A stretch of 63,027 nt of DNA, counting the filler, from Octopus bimaculoides (Eukaryota), in the NCBI RefSeq assembly GCF_001194135.2. It is 5 parts of 5 records of this genome, joined end to end, with 100 filler letters (N's around TTAATTAATTAA, not from the genome) between each part and the next. Parts side by side here need not be neighbours in the genome. Positions count along the whole stretch, not along the records: positions 8,828 to 40,406 come from NC_068983.1; 4 more parts are not named here. The stretch is one strand, 5' to 3'. The stretch's first letter is position 1. Each line of letters begins with the position of its first letter. The notes under the pieces were generated by a model that ran no database searches, was not told the DNA's origin, and was given only the letters and a program-made list of their open reading frames with translations. The translations under genes were made by a program, and so were the position numbers. Shown here one piece after another: positions 23,346 to 35,666 of this stretch.

Positions 23346-24853
23346 AATACGATATTATTTTTGCCATCTTATCGGTTTCACTGAGGCTCCAAGTCAGCCT
23401 TTCTATCTTCAACTTTGTTTTGATGACCAATATTAACTTCAAGTACAGAAAACACATGCTCCATACTCTTTCTATTTATCACCCACCAATGAAAACATTG
23501 ACATTCTCGATTTGTCCGCCAGTTCTTAAATTTTGTTTTGCCAGCGTTCTACAGCATTATTGTAATTGCCTTCGTCAATCAGTGTGCTTTCATACACATT
23601 TTTATGCTGGGTATGCTTCTACTATGGACAGAATGTCCACCTACATACGTTTTATATACTTTATACTTTGGTAATCTACAAATCTTAAAGTCGCTTGATG
23701 TCTTCATCGTTTTCGTTATCCAACGAGTGAACTAACAATAGTTCGAAAGAATGGGAAAAAAAAACAATATAACAAGTAACCCCAATTTTTTACCGCTGTT
23801 CTCTTTACTGTTCTCTTCATCACATTAGAACCGGTGCCCAGCCTCTTAAAGTTTTCCGGTAGTGGTTGAATATATTCTTAAGTCCACCATTTCGTTAATC
23901 GCTGCAGCTTCCAAGCTTCACTAATTCAGTTCTCATATATGTGTAAAAATCGAACCAATGAAAGAGCCTCTACCTGGTCGCTTGACACGCTAAAAATAGC
24001 AGCCAGAGTATCCCCCTACCTAAATCACTCGCCCATTGTACGTAATGTCCTAGATTATCTCTAAGAAGACGGCTTGCTGAAGGCTGGAAGGTCTTTGATG
24101 ATAGGTCTGCAGTATCAGGGTTGATTTGAGGTTAAATGACAACAACATTATGGTAAATTTCTATATTAACAGCCGCACGATTTTCACTAAATAAAAAAAT
24201 ACAAATTTGATTTTTTGCGTGGAATCAAGTACCCTGACCTCCTAATATGCTGCAAATCCCTTATTTTNNNNNNNNNNNNNNNNNNNNNNNNNNNNNNNNN
24301 NNNNNNNNNNNNNNNNNNNNNNNNNNNNNNNNNNNNNNNNNNNNNNNNNNNNNNNNNNNNNNNNNNNNNNNNNNNNNNNNNNNNNNNNNNNNNNNNNNNN
24401 NNNNNNNNNNNNNNNNNNNNNNNNNNNNNNNNNNNNNNNNNNNNNNNNNNNNNNNNNNNNNNNNNNNNNNNNNNNNNNNNNNNNNNNNNNNNNNNNNNNN
24501 NNNNNNNNNNNNNNNNNNNNNNNNNNNNNNNNNNNNNNNNNNNNNNNNNNNNNNNNNNNNNNNNNNNNNNNNNNNNNNNNNNNNNNNNNNNNNNNNNNNN
24601 NNNNNNNNNNNNNNNNNNNNNNNNNNNNNNNNNNNNNNNNNNNNNNNNNNNNNNNNNNNNNNNNNNNNNNNNNNNNNNNNNNNNNNNNNNNNNNNNNNNN
24701 NNNNNNNNNNNNNNNNNNNNNNNNNNNNNNNNNNNNNNNNNNNNNNNNNNNNNNNNNNNNNNNNNNNNNNNNNNNNNNNNNNNNNNNNNNNNNNNNNNNN
24801 NNNNNNNNNNNNNNNNNNNNNNNNNNNNNNNNNNNNNNNNNNNNNNNNNNNNN

Positions 24854-25246
24854 TACAGGACAAGTTATTATTCAAAGTATAGAACAAGCTATTACTTCTA
24901 GTAAAGTAAAAAATAAGAAACTTTTTACTTAAAATATTGCAGCTGAAATTAAAATTTGAATATTAAAACTTATTTTATTATAGTTTACAAATAACGCTAT
25001 ACTTATTTAAATAGAATTTGGCTAATTTACTACCTTAAATACAGAAAAAAGTGACTAATTAGACAAACTTACAAATTAGCTGAACAGTTTTGTACAATAC
25101 ATTTAAAAGATGAGAACTGTAAAGAGTGATAAATTAGAACTGGCATTCTCTGCTACAATATTTTAAGTAAAAAGTTTCTTATTCTTTACTTTACTAGAAG
25201 TAACAGCTTGTCCTATACTTTAACAGGTGTAATAACTTGTCCTGTA
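24854..25246. mobile_element. Foldback/MITE-like element with inverted arms of about 90 bp
   Basis: 24854-24942 is the reverse complement of 25153-25246 with a few mismatches and one small indel; the left end abuts an N gap. Confidence 0.75.
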
Positions 25247-25399
25247 CTTTTCCAGGTTTATAATCTTGAGAATATTACTTTTCATGCTCACATTTTTCCA
25301 TGTGATAATAACTGTTCGAATTAAAATGGACGCATTTGAGTGTATGGAAGCACATTTTGATAATCATTTATAATGTATAATGCGATTGCAAACATAATC

Positions 25400-26200
25400 C
25401 ATGATAGCAGTCTTTCTATTTTTAGAATTGTAATTCTCTTGCTATTTCTTGGAGGCCTTCCTAAAATGTCAAAGTAATTATCTTCTCATTTATATTGTAT
25501 GAGAACGGAAGAACGTATGGAAAAGAACATATACAAGACAAAATACCGTCCTTGTTATTTTTCCGTGCACTTTCCAAAATTGTTAAACATTTTTTTAACT
25601 ACTTGCACAGTTTCATGAATAGACAATACATTTGAGGAAGTAATCTTTTGTGTTGCTGTGGAGCTAAGAAAGCGAATGTCTAATACTATGCTCTGGTAAG
25701 GTGAAATTATCTCCAAATCTGCGATGCTCCGAGAGTTACTCGGCCACAGCCGAAATCTACACCTGCTCATNNNNNNNNNNAAATCTGCGATGCTCCGAGA
25801 GTTACTCGGCCACAGTCGAAATCTACACCTGCTCATCAGTAGTCGTGAGAATGGACAAAGGTGATATTACCACGTCAAATATTCCTCAAATTCCTTTCGG
25901 ATGGATAAATGTAACTGGATGTGTTAACGGCAGAGCTTTGTTCTCCAAGTTTCTTTTAACCATCTGCACTGCAAATTCTTTGCTATATGATGTGTACGTA
26001 TACTTCTTTAACATTCATACTTACCTACCGTTGCATACTTTCCTTTGATTACATTTTTAATAAGTGTCATTCCATCATATCATATCTTTGTATAAACAAA
26101 CCAGTTGCGATCAAGTTTATTTTTGCTGCTTTTGCGAGTTTACGAATTCGGTTAAGTTCAGAAGTTGAAAAATTCATATATCTACTCATGAAATGAAATC
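25400..26200 (-). pseudogene. Decayed, apparently intron-containing coding remnant, possibly a DNA transposase
   Basis: Broken frames YDGMTLIKNVIKGKYAT, then a donor-like gtaggtaagt, an intron-like segment, then KEFAVQMVKRNLENKALPLTHPVTFIHPK; many stops; family not recognised. Confidence 0.25.
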
Positions 26201-26719
26201 AATATCAAGAATTCGCTATCTTCCCAGTAATTTGTATTTACTAACTTTAATTTTTACTATTTTTTGTTTGATTTCCTCGGTTATTGCTGGTCAGTTGAAT
26301 TACTGTTAGCATTTAATGTCACAATATGACGTGTTTTAAACTGCTAATTGAGCTGCAGAAAGGACCCTGTTGTTTATATCTAGAAGATCAATCAGAGTTT
26401 ATACAGTTGTCGCAAACGCCAGATAAAATATATTCTCATGGCGGTACTTAGTATTAATTCTGTTTGTTCTATTGATTTGCTGGATATTACATAATGTTTA
26501 TACTCAGTTCAAAGTAGGCATTGCCGTGATATATATATGATTAAACAGTCGGTATTAAAATGGTCGGCACATCAGCCTTTTATTTTCCATGCATGGTTGG
26601 ACAAATGTAGTGATGTTTCTCTTTTCCTCATTTCTAAAAGTGGACTCATAATTGAGGAAAAGGTTTAAGAGTTTGCTTCCAAGCATACTGCTAAAATTTT
26701 TTAATTTTCCGTTTGCACG

Positions 26720-27130
26720 CTATCCATTTTGAGTGTTACCTTAATGTGGTAGATGATTGCTATAAATGTATTGTGATAATGAAAGTAGTTGGAAAATAGT
26801 TCTCTAGATGCATGTAATATAGTTGAGGTATGCTGATATGGTTATATGAATTGTTTAAGATGTTATCTACATTGCTTGAGGGCGAGAGGTACCAGAATAC
26901 GCTATGTGCATTAATGATATTATCTGGGGGTGTTAGGATATTGCAGTTGTGGTGTGTAAGCTGGTAGGATGCTTACTACGGTCGGTGGTGGTATTTAGAA
27001 TGATTGTGTCTCGTGTAACTGTTTTAATTTTTATACGGAATATTTGTAAACACAGTGTATTGCTACGCTCTTTCAATGACCAAGAGCCATTTATGGTATC
27101 CATGTACTAGATATATAATTTTATGTATAT
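26720..27130 (-). mobile_element. Penelope-like element, highly decayed GIY-YIG region
   Basis: Remnants of LKER.SN and HNCNI, and a KQCR..LKQF end; interrupted by the SINE at 27143. Confidence 0.35.
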
Positions 27131-27142
27131 TATGAAGAATTC

Positions 27143-27512
27143 GTGGAAGCGCAATGACCCAGTGGTTAGGGCAGCGGACTCGCGGTCATAGCATCGCGGT
27201 TTCGATTCCCAGACCGGGCGTTGTATGTGTTTATTGAGCGAAAACACCTAAAGCTCCACGAGCGGATGGTGGCGAATCCTGCTGTACTCTTTCTCTCACT
27301 CTTACTTCCTGTTTCTGTTGTGCCTGTAATTCAAAGGGTCAGCCTTGTCACACTGTGTCACGCTGAATATCCCCAAGAACTACGTTAAGGGTACACGTGT
27401 ATGTGGAGTGCTCAGCCACTTGCACGTTAATTTCACGAGCAGGCTGTTCCGTTGATCGGATCAACTGGAACCCTCGACGTCGTAAGCGACGGAGTGCCAA
27501 CAACAATAACAA
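27143..27512 (+). mobile_element. SINE family B (tRNA-derived, Arg-like head), near full length
   Basis: A-box tgacccagtggttagg, B-box gtttcgattcc, (CAA)-like tail; 12-bp TSD TATGAAGAATTC at 27131-27142 and 27513-27524. Confidence 0.92.
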
Positions 27513-28514
27513 TATGAAGAATTCACTGTAGTTTGGGCTGTGTTACCTGAGGTATTTGAGGAGACACGTGCTGGAGATGTAGCTTCGTCACTTGTATTAC
27601 TGCTATCTGTTAATTTTTTTTTATTTTTTAAATCTGATAAAGCTGTCTGCCGGCTATTAGTGTTATATTACAGTATTTTTATCTTTACTGTTACTTAGCC
27701 TTCAGTTAGCTGTAATCAAGTAACCTGATGATCAAAAACATTCCACCCGGGACCATTCAGTTATTTTTTTCAGGCACAGTACATCAAGGACTGCCTTATC
27801 CAATGTGTCCTGTGAACGTGGTAGAATGTCATTTCAAGGAAAATTAGTGGCTATTTTTTGCAAGTTGGGAGCAACTATGTAAAGGTTCCATTTTCGGCTT
27901 GCTTATTGTCTTGTGATATATAGAGATTTCGAATTTTGGATTTTATTGGTTTTTGTTTATAGTTTGCTTTGATTTTAGTGTGTTGGTTCTTTTTTTCGAA
28001 ACCGTACTACTGTTGTTGTTGTTGGGAAGATTATCTGAAAAAAAAAAAAAATATATACATCTGGCTTTCTGTGTTGTATGCTGCGAATTCTTAGACAACA
28101 ACACAACTCAGCACTAACCCCAGCCATGCTCTAATCAGCTATTGCTGAATACATTCAAAATCGAGAGATCATAACTACTCTCTCCTTCTTTTCATAAATA
28201 AGGAAACACAGACTACATTGCTCAGTATGTTCTTTTTTTTAATAGAATAGGGTGTGATTTGAGGGAGACAGGGTTACTAATATTGTTGTTTCAACGACTA
28301 CTTAGAAGATCTTTCATTGGCTAGGTTTCTCTTTTTCTCACTTTATGCTATGTGATACCCCAGTTTTAAACCCTGAAGTACCACATACCATAAACCCAAC
28401 CAAAACAACATTACAAGCATAATTTACAAAGACATTCCTACTTTTTCGATGTTCTCTTCTGTTTTTGTGTATAGCTGCCACTTAATTTTGTTTATGCGTG
28501 GTGTTCATTTGCTT

Positions 28515-28741
28515 ATACTCTTTTTTTTTTTACTTGTTTCAGTCATTTGACTGCGGCCATGCTGGAGCACCGCCTTTAGTCGAGCAAATCACACCCCAGG
28601 ACTTATTCTTTGTAAGCCTAGTACTTATTCTATCGGTCTCTTTTGCCGAACCGCTAAGTTACGGGGACGTAAACACACCAGCATCGGTTGTCAAGCGATG
28701 TTGGGGGGACAAACGCAGATACACAAACACACATACGCGCG

Positions 28742-28773
<32 letters not shown>

Positions 28774-28991
28774 NNNNNNNNNNNNNNNNNNNNNNNNNNN
28801 NNNNNNNNNNNNNNNNNNNNNNNNNNNNNNATATATACACGACGGGCTTCTTTCAGTTTCCCTCTACCAAATCCACTCACAAGGCTTTGGTCGGCCCGAG
28901 GCTATTGTAGAAGACACTTGCCCAAGGTGCCACGCAGTGGGACTGAACCCAGAACCACGTGTTTGATAAGCAAGCTACTTGCCACACAGCC
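28515..28991 (-). mobile_element. SINE family A (tRNA head, CORE-like accttgggcaagtgtc segment, internal microsatellite)
   Basis: Near-identical to 43855-44302; internal (TA)n partly in a gap. Confidence 0.9.
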
Positions 28992-29249
28992 AAATCGTTA
29001 CGCCAACGTTCCAGTTGTTTTGTGGTGTAGTACATTCAGATCTACATTATCCGGAATGTGTTGCTTTTGTGATATGGACGGTGTGCTTTAAAGTTTTGAA
29101 GTAGACTCTAGCAAGTCCAACAACCGCGTAAAAATTCTCTCGTTGGTCTATGTTAATGCTCTTTGAAAAAAAAATAAGTAAAAGGTATGATTGATTGCAC
29201 ATGTACGGAATAGTAGTTTACTAATGTACTAGCTTATATTACTGTAGTT

Positions 29250-30010
29250 AAGATGCTGCAGCATGGAGACCGTCATCTGTCGATAAAACTCACAACTTTA
29301 TCTCAAATTATCCAGAAAATATTCAAGTGTATTCAGATAGTCTTCGGAAAAATATATTGTTCGAGAAAGGATGTGCTCGTGGATACCTTACTTAGCCTCA
29401 TTTTAGCTAGTTTCTATATGAATGAACTAAAATACATGGTGCTTAGCATCATAACTCACTCACATATTATAGACATATTAACGGTAAAAATAGAAAAATA
29501 ATTTATACAAATTTTAGTGACTAAATTTGTTTATATCAGTTAAGGATGATAAACATACCATAACTGTCTACAACGGAATCTATAATAACGTACTCAAATA
29601 CAAAGAAGGAATATCCAGATAATATAATATACATCAACCATTAAATCTTCATTCACGAGAACACGCTTTCAGTATCTTTTAACTTAACATAATACCAGAA
29701 AGTATTGAGGTGAAAAAAGCAAAACCTGAGTAATAATGGTTAGACAAACTTTTAGACTTAATTATTTATTAATACAAATAGAGAATAAATAACACGTCTA
29801 CTAACATCATAAACAAATTAGTTAATGCACATATACTATATTTTACCCATTATGAAACTAATGAAAGTGCTTTAAGAAGGATGGTTACAGAAACTGAATG
29901 TCATTCAAAACTTGATATATTACTTATAGCTACATAAGAACTAAAAACAACATCGAATCTTGAGCATTGTATATGAAGATAATACAGCCATAGTCAACAA
30001 ATTGTAACGC
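29250..30010 (+). mobile_element. Penelope-like element, decayed RT and thumb region
   Basis: FGKIYCSRKDVLVDTLLSLILASFYMNELK resembles F.gk.Y.Q.dGvaMGspLgP.LAn.YM..lE; KLDILLIA...KTTSNL resembles KL.l.iYY..kktsnL. Confidence 0.55.
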
Positions 30011-30489
30011 AACTTACAAAACACCCACCACTGTGTCCATTACTCAGGCAAGATCAGCCCTAATTGAATAGATATAACCAAAAGCGTTCCAGCGTTAGAT
30101 ATCCTATCTTCTATTTAGATTTGGTATATTCAAAACCATATTATCCAAATGTGTCTTTCTCCTTTTAAGACGGTGAGGTATGATTTCAGTTGACTGGTCA
30201 AGTGGCTGCGAAGAGGCCTCTCCTCAAAATAATTACATTCAGTTGTGCCCAATGTTGTATACAAATTTGCCTGCATATATCATAGTTGCAACAGCAATAA
30301 ACCTGTTCTAGTCTCGGCATTTAATTGCATATATGTGCGTGTACGGGTGTATGTGCGTATATATGTAAATGCAGACACACAGAAATACACAATTAAAGAA
30401 TTAATTAGTCCTTTTAGAAAAGTAGGACTCAGTATCACAGTAATACAAGTACACCTATAATTAACTTGCTAGACGTTTCTTTAGATATA

Positions 30490-31169
30490 CAGTAAAAACT
30501 CGATAATCGCGGGTGTTCTGTTCCAAAACCCCACGCGATAGGTGAAAATCTTCGAAGTAGAAACAGTACTATATGGTATGTATTTTTTTATTATTTTTAT
30601 AATTTGTATATATTTATTTTATTATTTTTATATGTTTAAGCTTTTATAAACTCTCCCCGCACTCTTAGGAGTACCCATGTCTTTTTTTTTTTTTTTTGCA
30701 GATGAGGAACATAATGATGGGCAGTTGGTGGCGCTGCCTTTTCTTCTGTGTGAGGAAGAAAGCCTCAGAAGGTGCAGAACGTTTGGGCGACATCGTAGGG
30801 TTTTACACACAAATGCAAAACAACACCACACACTCGCTTCCCGAGTTTCGTTTTCCACTCAGTATGTGCGATTCTTTGTTTACTCATCTATGGTACACTC
30901 CATATTTTCTTTTAATATATTTCAATTAATGTGTTATACAGTGCAGTATTGTACTGTATTTTTATTTATTAATTTATTAATTTTTAGGCGTGAAAATGTT
31001 TATTTTACCACAGAAATAATTAAAATCTAAAAAAATGTAAACATCTATCGGCCGCAGAAACCTGCGATATACCGAGGAGTCCACGATATAAATTTATATA
31101 TATTAGCCAGAAAATCTACGATGTACTGAGGGCGCGATAGGTGAACCCCGAAATGGCGAGTGATTACTG
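30490..31169 (-). mobile_element. Tigger/pogo-like non-autonomous DNA transposon (680 bp)
   Basis: Imperfect TIRs CAGTAAAAACTCG / CGAGTGATTACTG, TA at both flanks (30488-30489, 31170-31171), subterminal cgcgataggtgaa repeats, and a minus-strand transposase start MSPKRSAPSEAF...KKRQR. Confidence 0.8.
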
Positions 31170-31327
31170 TAAACACATGTAAATAGGAATCATACAAACA
31201 ATAAAGCATAAAGCGCATTCAAATCCACTAAAACTCCAACTATTCGCGTCCATCTTTAAGAACATTATCGNNNNNNNNNNNNNNNNNNNNNNNNNNNNNN
31301 NNNNNNNNNNNNNNNNNNNNNNNNNNN

Positions 31328-31607
31328 ACATACACGTGTACCCTTAACGTAGTTCTTGGGGACATTCAGCGTGACACAGTGTGACAAGGCTGACCCTTTG
31401 AATTACAGGCACAACAGAAACAGAAAGTAAGAGTGAAAGTTGTGGTGAAAGAGTACAGCAGGATTCGCCACCATCCCCTGCCGGAGCCTCGTGGAGCTTT
31501 AGGTGTTTTCGCTCAATAAACACTCACAACGCCCGGTCTGGGAATCGAAACCGCGATCCTATGACCGCGAGTCCGCTGCCTTAACCACTGGGCCATTGCG
31601 CCTCCAC
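31328..31607 (-). mobile_element. SINE family B, 3' end in N gap
   Basis: Reverse complement highly similar to 27143-27402. Confidence 0.92.
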
Positions 31608-31689
31608 CGAAGGAATAGTAGATTTAAAGAAAAACAAAGTGTATTCATCCCCAAACCTAAACCATGCAGTTAATGAAACTAAAAAACAA

Positions 31690-32620
31690 GAACTCATAAA
31701 ATCCATAACCATAACATAATCTTGTTCAGCTCTACATGCAGTTTCAATGCGAATTCCAATTTTGTTCAGAAATTTTTAGATTTGATTTAGAAGCGTCTTC
31801 CCACAGAATACAGACATTTCAAATTGTTTAACCGGAAAAATTTAAACGCAAGCATGAGGAATTTGAAGTGTATCATCGCAGGTAGCGAACAACTTTAAAT
31901 ATTTATAAACACAAGAATCTGGAATGTAACATAGGGGAAGGCGTTGAGAAATTTAAACCAAAAGAAAAAAAAGGAATAGAAGATAGCTGCAATTTTCAAA
32001 ACAGAGAGTTGTGCCTATTTAGTCATTTATACAAAATCAAATCCTGAATTAATCGAGCTGTTTTGGTTCTCAGAAGAGCCGGTACTTGGCGGCGGCGAGC
32101 TAGCAAAAACGTTAGCACGCCGAGTGAAATGCTTAGCAGTGTTTCGTCTGCCGTTACGTTCTGAGTTCAAATTCCGCCAAGGTTGTCTTTGCCCTTCATC
32201 CTTTCGGGGTCGATAAATTAAGTACCAGTTACGCACTGGGGTTCGATGTAATCGACTTAATTCCTTTGCCTGTCTTTCTTTGTCCCCTCTATGTTTAGCC
32301 CGTTGTGGGCAATAAAGAAATAAGAAGAGCCGGTACTTGACAATAGGTTCACCTCTAAACATGTAGCAAAATAACTATCCATATATACCATATTGCAGTC
32401 ATATATAGTAGTTGAAAGATTTCAACATTGACAACTTCAATACTATCTGGTCTATACTGAATTTCAGCAAGCCCACAACCTTTGTGCAAATTACTGCCCC
32501 TCTGCAATCATAAAATGTACTTCATCCTCACCAACTCTTCGGACATTGAATAGGTTGAAGTTGCTTTCTAAGTGCTGTCATAAGAACCACGTTGCTAATG
32601 TTAGCAGAACTGTTGAAACT
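31690..32620 (+). mobile_element. Penelope-like element, decayed linker and GIY-YIG region, interrupted by SINE C
   Basis: NIILFSS...QKFLDLI..RLP...KLFNRKNL; TIWSILNFSKP; LNRLKLLSKCCHKN resembles LNkRsEl.skCrHkN. Confidence 0.6.
32089..32322 (+). mobile_element. SINE family C, full length
   Basis: 17-bp TSD AGAAGAGCCGGTACTTG at 32072-32088 and 32323-32339; head ggcggcgagctagcaaaaacgttagc, B-box gagttcaaattcc, core gcccttcatcctttcggggtcgataaattaagtaccag. Confidence 0.93.
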
Positions 32621-32899
32621 GAGCGAACATTCACAGCGAAACCAGACTATCATCCAGTACGCAAGAAAAACTGGAAGTCAACAAAACTGGACCTCATAAA
32701 CGCTGACGAAACTGAACTTACTAGAGATGTATTCATTCTGTCAGCCAGCTCCGTCTATAGCTTATCTATTGATAGGAACATGAAACTCTGAGAGCAAATG
32801 CATACAAAGAGTCGAGTCACATTTTTACTGTTTTATTTGCTAGTTATGTAACGTTAACAAGAGAGAGTGAAAGAAAGGTTATCTAGTGACAAATGGTGA

Positions 32900-33965
32900 C
32901 TGGTTTTCAGAAGCCAAATTTCTCAAGATTGGTATTTAGGCAATGTGTTACATATCCCAGTGCCCCAATAATTACAGGTATAAAACTGAACTAGTAATCT
33001 GGATAAAGTAACTGTACATTCCTCAATAGTTCAGCGTAGGTATTCTCGTTTTTGTTGATCTTAGCTTTATGTTAACATGCGCTGCACAGTTGATTTCCAC
33101 AACTATACACAGTTTCTCTTTGTCAGGTCTATTATATTTACATTTTATTGAGGTTTTCACTTGGACATTCCGCCGGTACTCCTTTTTATTATTTCGAGTG
33201 GCTTTGGCTACTTCTACCATACTGTAGGTCCATTTTTCTTTGACCTCGGGGTATACTTCCGGCAGATCTCATTATACAGTGTCCTAGCTAAAACATCATG
33301 TCTCATCGGTAGATAATACCGTGACGACATTTTCGAACAACCGTTTATAATGTAGGTGATATCTTCGATGTTAACTCCACAAAGTTTGCATCGGTTATCA
33401 CATTATGCTGTGTTTTCTGCGTCTTTGTCTCTTTTTCATTAGGTATTTGATATATTTTGTTTGCAAACGCATACCTTTCAAAGTGGGAGTTAGTTGTCCT
33501 GTTGCTGGTCCATGATAGATTGCTTTGATGCAACGTAGTGTTCTCACATCGTTCGCGTTTTCATTTTCGTTTATAGTGTTGGGGAGAAGGTTCATTTCAG
33601 ATCTTTTTTAATAAAGTTACATTCACTAATTTTCCTTCTATGTTCCACAAATGTTGTTTGTTGACGTAATTGATTCTCAGTAAAATGATTTAGTTCTGGA
33701 TGCAAATCATCCCAATATGATCTCAATTGATTCATATATCCAACAGCAGAGTTTTGTTTTGCTCTTTTATAACAGTTAAATAAGTATTCAATTAAATAAG
33801 TTATAACAGTTAAATAAGTATTCAATTCGTAACTCCAAGAAAAATGAGTTTTGTAGTTACGGTTTCGCCTATAACTATAGCTAGAAAGAATCTGTTTGCC
33901 TGTTGAGCTGTTGTCTTCATTCTGTTCTTCGACTGTGTTGTTGTTGTAGTGTCTAGCCATGTCGT
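32900..33965 (-). mobile_element. R4/Dong-like element with N-terminal region fused directly to CCHC-REL (RT missing)
   Basis: N-terminus LFNCYKRAK..GYMNQLRSYWDDLHPELNHFTENQLRQQ; C-terminus RCKLCGVNIEDIT..CSKMSSRYYLPMRHD, NRPD.EKLCIVVEINC, PVIIGALG; junction near 33520. Confidence 0.7.
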
Positions 33966-34469
33966 TAGAAATGCGGAATAAATTAGGGCGAAGTTACTGA
34001 GTCATTTCAAAAAGACACGAAAGAATAATTTGCAAAACGACTACGAAAGTATGTTTAGTGTTACAATAGATATAAAATAAAACACTGTCGCAGTGTTGAT
34101 GACTAAATTTTCCGTTTTAATTGTTTCACATTGCAAATAAAACATGGTGACAGGTGTCGTAAATAAGTCTTTCCAAGAAATTTCTGCCTTTCCGCATGGA
34201 AGGTACTGGAGAAGAGATCTGAGAAGAACACATCTTTCCTGTGAAACTGAGCTATTTTCTCAACCTTAAAACTATGTTGAAGTCTCTATATTTTTATAGG
34301 TATGAACTCAAGGTTGTTTTGGAAATTTACCATCATTTACTTTGTCATTCTTTCATACTTCATGTTTGTATGTGTGTGTATGTGTGTGTCGTCGTGTGTA
34401 TGAACGTGTGTGTATGTGTGTGTTGCTGTGTGTATGAACGTATGTGTGTGTGTCGCCGTATGTATGAGC

Positions 34470-34690
34470 ATGGCAGAAACGTTAGCACGCCGGGCGAAAT
34501 GCTTAGCGGTATTTCGTCTGCCGCTACGTTCTGAGTTCAAATTCCGCCGAGGTCGACTTTGCCTTTCATCCTTTCGGGGTCGATTAAATAAGTACCAGTT
34601 ACGCACTGGGGTCGATGTAATCGACTTAATCCGTTTGTCTGACTTGTTTGTCCACTCTGTATGTAGCCCCTTGTGGGTAGTAAAGAAATA
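34470..34690 (+). mobile_element. SINE family C, slightly 5'-truncated
   Basis: Near-identical to 32089-32322. Confidence 0.92.
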
Positions 34691-35314
34691 GCATGTGTAT
34701 GTTCCAAAAGAGATGGTTAAGTACGCGTGGTTTTCTCGCGTTGCGTCTGGAACGACGTCTGTAAATACACCAGATTAAAGCATCAAGAGCACGAACCTCT
34801 CTCCTTATAGTGTTGACACATTTTCAATATTCAAGCAGTGTAGAAAATGTAAAGAAACCATGGGTGACTACAGAGAATAGATATTTATCTTTTCTTTTTT
34901 TGATAATTTATTCATTATTTTTTAAATCTCCAGTAACAGCATTTCACTATATTTTATAATTTAATGTACTTCTTCGCTAATTTCTATACAATGTTCTTTT
35001 CTTTTTTTTTGTGAGTAGAAGTCTTAGAACTTTCTGTTTTTGATTCTCTAATCCTATGTGCCTCGGTTATCTACATACAACTGTTTACCTTTCACGTTAC
35101 CTTTGTTGTCTTTCATCATTACCTAAATCGATATGTTCGTGTATATGCTTTTGTAGCCATTTATTTTAAAAAGTCAAATAAAATATTTATTTATTTAAGC
35201 ACCTAACCGTTGGTCTTCCTATCTAAATTGATATGCAGCAAACAAGGAGCTAAGAGTAAATACGAACCAGATATTTTGTACACAAGATTTATTGTATTCA
35301 TTACTGGGGTGAAG

Positions 35315-35455
35315 CTAGGTGGCTAGAATTATTAGCACGTCAGACAAAATACGTTGCGGCATTTCTTTGCCTTTCAGAGTCGATAAACTAAATTACCAGT
35401 GAAGTATGGGGGTCGTGTAATCGATTAAATTCCTTCCCCTAGAATAGCTGGTCGA
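35315..35455 (+). mobile_element. SINE family C, degraded and deleted
   Basis: ggctagaattattagcacgtcagacaaaatac...gcctttcagagtcgataaactaaattaccagt. Confidence 0.55.
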
Positions 35456-35666
35456 AACAATTATTTGGGAGATACGTCAAAAGTCTTACATCAAAAAATA
35501 ACTTGGAACATCTTGGAAAAGATTTGTACATATTGAGTTTCAACAAGAACTATAAAAAAAGTTTACAGACCTCGTATAATTAGTTACAATTTCTTGGAAC
35601 GAATTATAAATGGGATTGTGAATAAAATTCTTATTTGCCATAATGTTTTAACACAATACCTTAGTC

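Noticed and set aside
25715-25836. 56-bp direct repeat
   Set aside because: It flanks a 10-N gap with one SNP, typical of overlapping contig ends or haplotypes.
27143-27222. tRNA gene (also the heads at 31607, 44302, 59595 and 20456)
   Set aside because: A and B boxes are present but continue into SINE bodies with TSDs, and no intact cloverleaf is evident.
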